A DNA stretch of 63,572 bases, the filler included, from Octopus bimaculoides (Eukaryota), in assembly GCF_001194135.2 (NCBI RefSeq). It is 4 parts of 4 records of this genome, joined end to end, with 100 filler letters (N's around TTAATTAATTAA, not from the genome) between each part and the next. Parts side by side here need not be neighbours in the genome. Positions count along the whole stretch, not along the records: positions 1 to 31,874 come from NC_068981.1; 3 more parts are not named here. The stretch is one strand, 5' to 3'. Below are positions 1 to 10,933 of this stretch, one piece after another. The notes beneath the pieces are model-generated. The model was not told the origin of the DNA, did no database searches, and saw only the letters and a program-made list of their open reading frames with translations. The position numbers were made by a program, and so were the translations under genes. Position 1 is the stretch's first letter. Every line of letters starts with the position of its first letter.

Positions 1-267
1 CAGTGAGTGAGTTGTAGTGTTTAGAAACTAAGTGGTTGATCTTCTTCATGATGTGGTGGTCTATGTTCGAGGGTATTTCACAATAGAAGGTTGTGTCATT
101 TAGTTGTTCCTCAACTAAATCCTTGTAGTATTCCACATCCATGATGACGATTGCACCCCCTTTATCTGCTTGTTTAATTATTATTGTTTCATCGTTTTGT
201 ATCCGTTTAAGTGCAGATATCTCTGATTTGTTAATGTTCGGCCTAACACACACACACATATATATAC

Positions 268-302
<35 letters not shown>

Positions 303-329
303 CATATGTACATATATGGATGGATGGAT

Positions 330-545
330 GGATGTATGCTTGTCCCCCCCCCCACCGCTTAACAACCAATTTTGGTGTATTTTCGTCTCTGTAGCCTAGC
401 GGTTCGGCAAAGGAGACACCCATAGAATAAGTACCAGATTTTAAAACAAAAGTAAGTACTAGGGTCGATTCACTCGGTTAAAATTCTGCAAGGCGCTACT
501 CCAGCATGGCCGCAGTCTAATAACTAAAACAAATAAAAAGTAATA
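330..545 (+). mobile_element. Family-B SINE tail following (CA)/(TA)n; other partial copies at 7880-8015(-), 17727-17895(+ head), 17965-18055(-), 18358-18565(+), 33715-33772(-), 38105-38205(- head), 51383-51532(+ head), 51955-52150(+)
   Basis: CCCCCCACCGCTT..CAACC...TAGCGGTTCGGCAAAG...GAATAAGTACCAG...GGGTCGATT...CCAGCATGGCCGCAGTCTAA. Confidence 0.75.
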
Positions 546-986
546 GAAAGGATCCTCTTAAGGTTTGTCCAGAGATTTCAGGTAAACGTGGCATATTATT
601 GCAAGAGGTATACGATCAAAGTTTCCTTAACGCTCTGACATCTTTAGAGAAATATAAGGAAATTACTCATCTCTACAAATATTTGAGCTCATCTTGACGG
701 AGATACATTTTCTAGGCAATTTGAAAACAAGGTAATTGAATTGTGAAACTAGATAGAAAGGGAAGAACTAATATGGTAATAATCTGTATATAAGTATCAT
801 CTATTGATGAATTGAAAAAAATATTGTTTTCAAACATTTCTGAAAACTACTAGAATTACGGGCGCTTGAGTCAAAAGACTATATTAGCTCTAAAGAACAA
901 TACTGTTAATGTTGTCAACGTTAAGGCTTTACAGCAGCTTCCTGGAAGGAACTACTTTTACATGTCAATTAACACAGTTCGTGGAA

Positions 987-1196
987 GGCGGCGAGTGGGC
1001 AGAATAGTTAGCAAGCCGAGTAAAATGCTTGACAGCATTTCGTCCGTCTTTACGTTCTGAGTTCAAATTCCGCCGGGGTTGACTTTCATCCTTTCGGGGT
1101 CGATAAAATGAGTACCAATTGAATACTGGGATTGACTTAATCCACTTAGCGCCTCCTCTGAACTTAATGGCCTTGTGGCAAAATTTGAAGCTAATT
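987..1196 (+). mobile_element. tRNA-headed SINE family A
   Basis: Head GGCGGCGAG.GGCAGAA..GTTAGCA, B-box GAGTTCAAATTCC, body GGGGTCGATAAAAT.AGTACCA, tail GGCCTTGTG.CAAAATTTGAA. Confidence 0.85.
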
Positions 1197-1430
1197 AACA
1201 CTGTACGTGATCTAAATCAAGTGAACTGTTCAATAGAGCTGAATTCACTTGAATTTTCCTGGAGTCCCACCACACTGTTTTAATCTTAAAGTAAGAACAC
1301 TCATCTTGCTCACTCGTAAGCTGGATCCATTATGCTCGTATGCTGAAATCTGACTAGCAAAAAATCTCATGCCCTACACCATTGAAGTTTCGATACTTAC
1401 TGGATGTATATATGTATATATACTTACTGG

Positions 1431-1461
<31 letters not shown>

Positions 1462-2412
1462 NNNNNNNNNNNNNNNNNNNNNNNNNNNNNNNNNNNNNNN
1501 NNNNNNNNNNNNNNNNNNNNNNNNNNNNNNNNNNNNNNNNNNNNNNNNNNNNNNNNNNNNNNNNNNNNNNNNNNNNNNNNNNNNNNNNNNNNNNNNNNNN
1601 NNNNNNNNNNNNNNNNNNNNNNNNNNNNNNNNNNNNNNNNNNNNNNNNNNNNNNNNNNNNNNNNNNNNNNNNNNNNNNNNNNNNNNNNNNNNNNNNNNNN
1701 NNNNNNNNNNNNNNNNNNNNNNNNNNNNNNNNNNNNNNNNNNNNNNNNNNNNNNNNNNNNNNNNNNNNNNNNNNNNNNNNNNNNNNNNNNNNNNNNNNNN
1801 NNNNNNNNNNNNNNNNNNNNNNNNNNNNNNNNNNNNNNNNNNNNNNNNNNNNNNNNNNNNNNNNNNNNNNNNNNNNNNNNNNNNNNNNNNNNNNNNNNNN
1901 NNNNNNNNNNNNNNNNNNNNNNNNNNNNNNNNNNNNNNNNNNNNNNNNNNNNNNNNNNNNNNNNNNNNNNNNNNNNNNNNNNNNNNNNNNNNNNNNNNNN
2001 NNNNNNNNNNNNNNNNNNNNNNNNNNNNNNNNNNNNNNNNNNNNNNNNNNNNNNNNNNNNNNNNNNNNNNNNNNNNNNNNNNNNNNNNNNNNNNNNNNNN
2101 NNNNNNNNNNNNNNNNNNNNNNNNNNNNNNNNNNNNNNNNNNNNNNNNNNNNNNNNNNNNNNNNNNNNNNNNNNNNNNNNNNNNNNNNNNNNNNNNNNNN
2201 NNNNNNNNNNNNNNNNNNNNNNNNNNNNNNNNNNNNNNNNNNNNNNNNNNNNNNNNNNNNNNNNNNNNAGAGAGAGAGAGAGAGAGAGAGAGAGATTCAG
2301 ATGAATATGGTACTTAAGTTGAGGCACCAGAATTTAGTACGGTATTATCCATACAATTTAAAATAAGGTGATTAAAAGCAAAATAAGTAACAAAGATATC
2401 CTTGTTGCTTAT

Positions 2413-2447
<35 letters not shown>

Positions 2448-2489
2448 TGATTACCGGAATTTCTGTCATTTCTATATCTTTGCCAAATT

Positions 2490-2640
2490 CCTATTTGCTG
2501 TGTCCGTCAATAAATCCTTGTGTCACATATTGACGGTAGCTGGCTGCAGTTGGAGGTTACCTGTTATATGTCCACGTATAGGAAGCAAGAACAAACTTTA
2601 TGCTAATGTTCAAGGTGGAAAAGCTAAAAAAATAAAATTG
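2490..2640 (+). mobile_element. Helitron RepHel helicase C-terminal remnant
   Basis: FAVSVNKSLCHILTVAG...CPRIGSKNKLYANVQGGKAK resembles FAMTINKSQGQTLKVAG...(GQLYVA)CSRVGSKNNLY...NGKTKN of Helitron PIF1-like helicases, with an internal deletion. Confidence 0.55.
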
Positions 2641-3766
2641 TTTGCCGTAAATCACTTAGCTGAAAATAGTTTGTCTAAGTCTTGCCGTAGGTAAAGGAAA
2701 TTATAAAACGCGAGGTTCCTAATAATCTGTGACTACCCTCTGCTCCTAGTTCTCTTAAGTCAGCACATCTTCCTCGCAGATTTATTTATGTTTCGCAATA
2801 ATACAATACTACCACAGACCTCTTCTTTAGTTTATATCTTGTTTTAATCGCTACTTCATTTATTAATATTTTTTTTTAGATAATAATCAATGTGTCAATA
2901 TTGTAGGATTTTCAAATATTCAAAGGTGATTAACTCCGCAGTCTGCATTCCGATATAGTGGAGCAATAGGTTTAATGTGCATAAAACAAACTTAAGGGCA
3001 GAGCCTTTATGAATTCATTCGACCTGCTAGAAATAACAGACAAATCTCCCTTATCCAAAAAGAAAAGCTTGTTTGGATAATGTAGTTCTAGATATACACT
3101 ATTTAGCTAAAGAGTCTTGGACTAATCACTGTTGGTCATAGATTTGTTCAATCAAAATTCTATTAACAAGAATTTACATTCTTATTTACATTCTTTAATC
3201 TCCGAATAGCTTCAATTGAAGAGGCGCAACCATGATGAAACAGCGCGGTGTCTGAATGCCTCCTTACCCCACCCCACCAAAAAACAAAAAAAAGGCAACG
3301 ATTAGTATATTCACGTCCGAATCTACATCATATATATATATATATATATATATANNNNNNNNNNNNNNNNNNNNNNNNNNNNNNNNNNNNNNNNNNNNNN
3401 NNNNNNNNNNNNNNNNNNNNNNNNNNNNNNNNNNNNNNNNNNNNNNNNNNNNNNNNNNNNNNNNNNNNNNNNNNNNNNNNNNNNNNNNNNNNNNNNNNNN
3501 NNNNNNNNNNNNNNNNNNNNNNNNNNNNNNNNNNNNNNNNNNNNNNNNNNNNNNNNNNNNNNNNNNNNNNNNNNNNNNNNNNNNNNNNNNNNNNNNNNNN
3601 NNNNNNNNNNNNNNNNNNNNNNNNNNNNNNNNNNNNNNNNNNNNNNNNNNNNNNNNNNNNNNNNNNNNNNNNNNNNNNNNNNNNNNNNNNNNNNNNNNNN
3701 NNNNNNNNNNNNNNNNNNNNNNNNNNNNNNNNNNNNNNNNNNNNNNNNNNNNNNNNNNNNNNNNTA

Positions 3767-3808
<42 letters not shown>

Positions 3809-4157
3809 TACAAAGCTAAGTCGCATGTCATTTTCGTTTGTTGATTTTGTCAGGGCTTAGGAATATTACCCGAAGGATTAGGTCCTTCACTGAGCGGAAT
3901 AGAAAACACCAAACTGGAAAACGACGTTGCTCATAAAAATTCTGTTTCAGAATCCACATTCAACGCTGCGACTTACATTCATTTCCGTTCTCTCGGCTTT
4001 CCTTCTTCATAACACTTACATCACTTTCTTCTTATCTCCCTAAGATAATTCTTTTTGTTTAATTTTTGTTTGGATATTTCTATTTCGCTCCAACAATATT
4101 TGTGAAATAATCTTCGTATCTTTAAGAGAATAGTGTAATCAGAGGATTATTATACTG

Positions 4158-4865
4158 GTTTCACATTTTGGCACAAGGCCAGCAATTTCGGAGAGAGGGC
4201 TAAGTCGATTACATTGACCACGGTATTCAATTGGTAATTAATTGATCGATTCCGGAATGATAAAAGACAAAGTCGACCCCAACGACATTTGAACTCAGAA
4301 CGTAAAGATAGAAGTGTCGTTAAGCATTTTCCCCGGCGTGATAACGATTTTACCAGCGCACCACCTTAGGGGATTATTGTACTAAATATTTTTATTGAGC
4401 AATTGGTAGAAGGTGGCGAGCTGGCAGAATTGTTAGTACGCTGGGCAAAATGATTAACGACATTTCGTCCGCCTTTGCTTTCTGAGTACAAATTCCGCTG
4501 AGGTCTACTTTGCGTTTTATTCCTTTCGGGGCCGATAAACTAAGTATTAGTTGAGCACCAGGGTCGGTGTAAACAACTTACCGTCTTCCGTGAAATTGCT
4601 GGCCTTGTGTCAAAATTTGAAACCTATATTATAAGATGGGTAGAAGAGGTAGTGAGCTGGCAGAATTGTTAGCGCACTAAACAAAATGCTTAGCACTATT
4701 TCGTCCGCCTTTACATTCTCGGTTCAAATTCCGCTGAGGTCCACCTTGCCGTTCATCCCTTTTGGGACGATAAAATAAGCACCAGTTGAACACTGGAGTC
4801 GATATGATCGACTGCACCGCCACCCACAAAATTTCAGGCCTTGTGCCTGTAATAGAAAGGAATAT
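4158..4865. mobile_element. Cluster of three family-A SINEs: 4158-4367 (-), 4411-4625 (+), 4647-4865 (+)
   Basis: Same consensus as 987-1196. The first two copies are head-to-head. Confidence 0.85.
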
Positions 4866-5247
4866 TAGATTGGTAGACTCATTATCGCGTCGAACAAAAT
4901 GTCTTTTTGGTATATTTTTCGCTTTGTTCTTTCCTAGTTCAAATTACACCAAGGCTAAATCAATTTTACTCCGTCTAGAATTGATGAAATAAAGTACTAA
5001 TTTAGTACTAACATCTTTCCATTAAATTTAAGGTTTCTGCCTATATTAGCAAATAAGCATCCCCATTTCCGAACTCACACTGTTTCAGCTGGTGCCCTCT
5101 CTGGCCGGTCGCATTTTCCTCAGGGGCCGGTCGCATTTTCTGACAATCTGATTTTCTGGCACTCTAATTTTCTTACATTCCTATCAAGATCACTGGGGCA
5201 GGTAACTCCCACTCTCTCCCAACTGAAATACCCACTTTACTTATATC

Positions 5248-5320
<73 letters not shown>

Positions 5321-5589
5321 ACTCATGTTAGAGTCTTAGTGATGGTCAGTTTATGGTATACATCTGTGTGCTATATATGTGTCGTGTCTGTGGTTCTCTT
5401 TTACCATGATAAATATGATACATTCGGATGGGTTATATCTGGAACTCATTGCAACTATTTGTCGCTATTTCTGTTTGTAAGAATCCTTGCAGTGTCGTAT
5501 CCTTCCATACATATTCACGTTTATGTATTCACATAATAATACATTAGTTAATAATATATTTTTCCTTATTAATATTAATTGCAGCGATA

Positions 5590-6210
5590 GGGCGGCGAGC
5601 TGGTAGAATCGTTAGCACACCGGGCGAAATGCTTAGCGGTATTTCGTCTGCCGTTACGTTCTGAGTTCAAATTTCGCCGAGGTCGACTTTACCTTTCGTC
5701 CTTTCGGGGCCAGTTACGCACTGGGGTCGATGTAATCGACTTAATCCCTTTGTCTGTCCTTGTTTGTCCCCTCAATGTTTAGCCCCTCGTGGGCAATAAA
5801 GAAATAAGGATCGTTAGCACGCCGAGCAAAATGCTTAGCGGCATTTCGTTATCTTTACGTTCTGGGTTCAAATACCGCCGAGGTCGACTTTACCTTTCAT
5901 CATTTCAACACTGACAAAATAAGTAATCAGTTGAGCACTGGGGGTCGATGTAATCGACTTTCTCCTCCCCCGAAATTGCTGGCCTTGTGTCCAAATGTGA
6001 AACCAATATTAAATGGAGTGATAAGGCAGTGAGCTAGCAGAATCATTACCGCGACGGACAAAATGCTTAGATGTATTTCGTTCGTTTTTATGTTCCTTGT
6101 TCAAATACTGCTGAGGTTGACTTTGCTTTCATCCTTTCGGGGTCGAATACGACTTAATCCCCTTCCCCCGAAATGGCCTACTTTGTACCAAAATTTGGAA
6201 ATAATATTAA
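5590..6210 (+). mobile_element. Three head-to-tail family-A SINEs (5590-5806, 5808-6010, 6022-6210)
   Basis: Repeated head and B-box. The first copy has the alternative tail CCCTTTGTCTGTCC...GGGCAATAAAGAAATA. Confidence 0.85.
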
Positions 6211-6342
6211 ATGAAGCGTTTTTGCTCTTTAAAAAATTACCAATAAAGTAGAAAATTTTTGAAGTAATTCAGAAATATTTCCTAATTATAATTTCATGAG
6301 AAAACCTTCGATATTATTCTCTCAGAATATACGAATAGTATC

Positions 6343-6695
6343 ATTGATATTTCAGAATAACAGTATAATATTTCTAGAGACTACGGTATTCTAGAAAATG
6401 TGCTTACCTAACCATTTTCTGTACCTGTGTGGCGTGTGGGCGATTCTAATGTACGGAAGATTAAGAAAAAATAAAATGGGAAATCGTTGGCATATTAATA
6501 TATATGTAGTGATTAGAAGCAACTAGAAGTAGATAATTAATGTGCATAAAAAAAAAACAAGAAAAATTATAGGAAACTGATCCTTGCGTTACATCAAAGG
6601 TAATTATTGATATTTCAGAATAACAGTATAATATTTCTAGAGACTACGGTATTCTAGCAAATGTGCTTACCTAACCGTTTTCTGTATCTGTGTGG
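6343..6695. repeat. 90-bp direct repeat (6343-6432 and 6606-6695)
   Basis: ATTGATATTTCAGAATAACAG...TGTGCTTACCTAACC.TTTTCTGTA.CTGTGTGG occurs twice with 3 mismatches, period 263 bp. Confidence 0.9.
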
Positions 6696-6899
6696 TAATA
6701 GAATATAAGTCAGAAATAACCCATTGGTAAACATTGCTGTGGTAAACATTGTCTCACAGTAAACAGCCGACTTAAGTGATAAGTGGTGCTTTAGACGTAG
6801 AAGTAGTTCTTATACCTCGAAAGTTGTTATCATACGACCAAAGATAACAGATTTGGTTTTGTAAAGTTCTAAAGAGTGAGAAACAATTAGGACCTAACG

Positions 6900-7620
6900 T
6901 AAGGAAGTCACTGGTAGGGTTGGCTCCAAAGGTTTATTGTCACAGAGTAGGGAGAGAGACTGAAGTTTGTTATCAACCGACTATTCAACACCTTGAAGTT
7001 GCTGCGTGAAGGAGACAGAACAGGGGTTAGCAGGGTCAGAGAAATTTTTGTTTTTGTTAAATGGCCCATATTGCTATATTTGGTTCATGATTCCTGTCGA
7101 TATAGAAATAGTGAAGAGTCTGGGGAAGATACAAGCTTGCTCTGTAGCAAAATGTTAGGGGAAAGATCAACAATTACACTTTATGTGACTAGTGACTTAT
7201 CTATCGTTTACTGGGCGACTGCGTTGCCGGTTAAAACACATTGAATTTGATCACATTTATCACCTTTAAGATTCTGGTGCGAAAGGCATCGGTCAACAGT
7301 TTGTAGGTTCGAAGATATTGCAATTACTGTTTCCAATTCGTGGCTATGTGTACCTGTAAAAAGGTAAAATTAAGCATGTTGGCTAGAATAGTAGACAACT
7401 CTAGCAAATATTGTGGCAAAGTGATTAAATTCATCAACCGAGGCCAGTTTATTGAAAGCTAACATCAATAGCAGCTTCATTTGCAATGGTTTACCTGTGG
7501 AGAACTGTAAATTCAAGGACTAGAGTGAAAGAATTCACTAAAGGCAGACGAGAACCTCTCATAGCTTACATTTATTGAATAATTGATGTGTGTAGAACAT
7601 TTTAGAAAGGTTGCTTTTCT
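6900..7620 (-). mobile_element. Very decayed CR1/Jockey-group LINE, RT C-terminal/3' part
   Basis: Minus-strand traces resembling IRPRLEYxCHIW and QSLxHRRxVSSLSLFYRY. Similar to 29530-30660. Confidence 0.35.
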
Positions 7621-9039
7621 GACTTAAATTTCATTTTACCAAACTTTCACTTACAGATGTCTAATTTGTTAATGATAAGCAATTTATTCTAATTACTGGT
7701 TGTATGTCTTAGTAAATTTTCAAAAAATCTACTTCTGAACACTAATAATCAAATAAAATATGGGGGAACATAAAAATAAAGAGCTTTCTCAGACTCATAA
7801 ATATATCTCATTCGATGGAATGGATAATCAACGTAGAATTGGCATAAAGCCAGGTGAATGACCAAGAAGATCATCGTATCCATTCTTTCATTAGTTTCGA
7901 ACTTAAGGTTACGGCCATACAGGAGCACCACTTTGAAAAGTATTAGTCAACTATATTGACTCCAGTGTTTATTTCAGGTTGGTACCTATTTTATCAATCT
8001 TCAGTCATCGAATCCCTAAGGTACGTTCTTTGTCAAAAAGTAGCTTAACTTCATATGCTGATAACAAAGACACACATATGAGAATTATTTGAAATCCATT
8101 CTCCCCGTTTGTGTAATTCTTATTGACATACAGTCATACCATCGACTACCAAGTGAGTCATTTTGCTCATTCAGGGATTAAATACCTCGGTTAGATGGAC
8201 TAAGACTGAACTGCTTTGAGTCAAGTATATCTATCTGTTCCATGACCACTGGCATGTATTTAAGCGTCCCAACTTATATTTACAAAGTAGAATATTTTGA
8301 AGATATTTTACTACCATTATAAGACAATTATTATTTTTTGATGAAATATGAAGCGATCGCTTCTTTCCTTTGTCCGTCTGTGTTGATTTATATTCAACCA
8401 ATATCTCATTAGTTCAACAACGTCTGACAAGGAGGATAGTCACTGAAGCATCTTGATATTCTGCTAGGAAATTTTTGACAAATATTTCATATTTTCTTCA
8501 TGTCATATATTTGAAATATATTTCTTTCCATTTGTTTAATTCTTATAGATATAGTCATAGCATCGACTACCCGTTGAGTAATGCACTCTCTGTGAATATA
8601 TATTTCGCATAGATTAGTTAATGTTGTACGCCTATGTTCATGTGTGTGTATCGTTTGTCCAATATGTATGTGTGTGTCTGAGCACATGCGCGTGCGCATA
8701 TGTGTATGCAATTGTGTGTGTGTGCGTGTGTGTAGATTGAATAAGCCGCCACTATGTAAAGTTCTAGTCAAAACGAATTTGATAATAAATTTGACTCTAC
8801 CTTCAATATTCAATCTTCTCATTAGTAAATGCTCTGTTATTCTTAAATTTATATTGAAATAGTAACCTAAATCTACCACACACACACACACACACGCACA
8901 CACACATCTAGTGAAATTTCATGATGGTACCCCCAGCATGGCCTCCCTGTAGCAACCGAAACACATGAATAATAAATACATGGGTATTTTTATGCGTTAG
9001 TTAGTAAAGGAAGGACAGTGCCCATTAGTTTTCTAAGCC

Positions 9040-10180
9040 TTCCTAGAAAGGAGACTTCAGTTGAACACCTGCAATAAACATTTGAAAACAAAATTCAAGC
9101 AGGGAAAGAATTCCAAAGGATTGCTTCTCTGTAGAGGAGTGATTGGGTGATGGAGCACAGGCACCAGCGGGATTACATGAATAAGTTGAGTATGTGTATA
9201 CACACATGGTACGTGGTCTTCAAAGGATCAGAGACTGTTGCAGTAGCAGTTAAAGTGACAATGAAAAAGCATCATATTTCTCAGCTAGGTGTTGTAGCGT
9301 GGTTCTAAAGATTGGAACAGATTCTTGCTGAGAGAGAAATATCGAATAGTTTGGGAAGTAAGGGAATTAGGTATGGGATAGACTATTTGAACGAAATAGT
9401 TTGGACATTGTGACGATCTGTGTGTACATGATAGTTAGGCAGCTGGGACGGACAAAGAGAGTTTTTGAGAATATTTAGCAAGCTTACGCAATGTTGTGTT
9501 AGAGGCAAAGTGGTCTGCGATTGTTGTAGTTTTCTCAGCAAGAGAGCCATTTACGGAACCATTTCTTTGAGAGTGAAGAAAAGGAATTGATGTAATTTGG
9601 GTTAGCTTGAAGGCTGTAATGAAAGTTTCTCGTGCAGTTCTGATGGTTGTCTTCCAGGCATTGCAATCATGAGTAAAATCATCCCAAATGGTGAAAATGG
9701 GCGACTTCTTCCAGGTATTTCAGAGAGTTTTCTTTTATTTGCCAAAACTACTACAATACATACAAGCAGTTACAGCGAAACCATTTAGGAGATTTTGTGT
9801 CTTAGGATTCGACTGTGTTGGGAACGAGAGAGAACACGCTTATGTGGTTGGCTTCGGTCACTCGTTTAATTGTCTCAGATAGGTTGAAGACAAAGTAAAA
9901 TTCTGGCCAGGTGTAGTTCTCATGAAAACCGACGGAAATCCCGGTCATTTGACTGGCTTGAATTACCAACGAGTATTAGAGATGGCAGGGGTTGTGAAGC
10001 ATGAGGTTTTCTGGAAGTTGGCCCGGTGGGTACATAAGTGTTCTGTGGATATATGCTAAAACATAGTCAATGATGTTTGTAGTGTCATGAATTTGGATAG
10101 CTGATATTAAATGGTGTAAGCAGTTGAGAATGACTAACGATTTAGCCTCAACGTTATTAGTATCGGACCGAAACATTATG
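9040..10180 (-). mobile_element. Very decayed CR1/Jockey-group LINE, region upstream of and entering RT
   Basis: Raised GC. Minus-strand traces SPKWF..C, DHFASNxTL and (R)STGDLLxYVTHVW-like text. Confidence 0.4.
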
Positions 10181-10229
<49 letters not shown>

Positions 10230-10795
10230 TTATATAGAATAAGAATCACTTTAATCATTTAAGAACACATAAATTTCAAATTTCTTCTATTTCTTAATTT
10301 TCTTCCTAATCTTGGCACAAAGCCAGCAGTTTTTAATGAAGAGTGCAAGTCGATCACATCGACCCCAGTACATAACTGGTATTTATTTTGTCGACCTCGA
10401 AGGATGATAAAAAGCAGAGTTGACCTTTTGAAGTAAAAATATTTCCTTCCACCTTGAGACCAGCTGGAGTGATATTAATACAGTTTAGTCGTTTTAAAAT
10501 TAGAATGTACACTTATACTTAATCTTGATGTCCGTGCTTAAACATATTTAGGATATATAGTTCCCATAGCGTTTATTGAACAATCTCAGTGATAACTGAC
10601 GCAGCGGCTTACATTAAAAGTGTTGAGTCTCAGTGAAACGGTTTCACGAAAGTGAAGTAAGTAGCTATAACGTCAAGGATAATGTGAATTCAAAGAATTC
10701 ATTCTTCTAACGAAAAAATTACAAGCTATAACAAAATTAAGAACAACAACAAAAGGACAAAAATAACAAATATTCGAAATATTCAATAATTTGAT

Positions 10796-10805
10796 TTTAT
10801 TTATT
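10796..10805 (-). promoter_or_regulatory. Overlapping AATAAA polyadenylation signals of the reflectin transcript
   Basis: Minus strand reads AATAAATAAA about 130 nt after the stop. A U/GU-rich downstream element follows (minus strand TTTGTTATTTTTGTCCTTTTGTTGTTGTTC, about 10770-10741). Confidence 0.7.
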
Positions 10806-10933
10806 TCAGTTACATAATAGATTGATAATATTTGTTGAAGTACTGAAGAAGGAAATAATTAAGTTTCATTTCAAATTTTGGTGTAAGAAATAAATATTCG
10901 TTCTTATAGGATTTCCTGTACGTTGATTTGTTA

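Noticed and set aside
640-740. AG...GTAATT-bounded candidate exon at 647-730
   Set aside because: Stop codons in all three frames.
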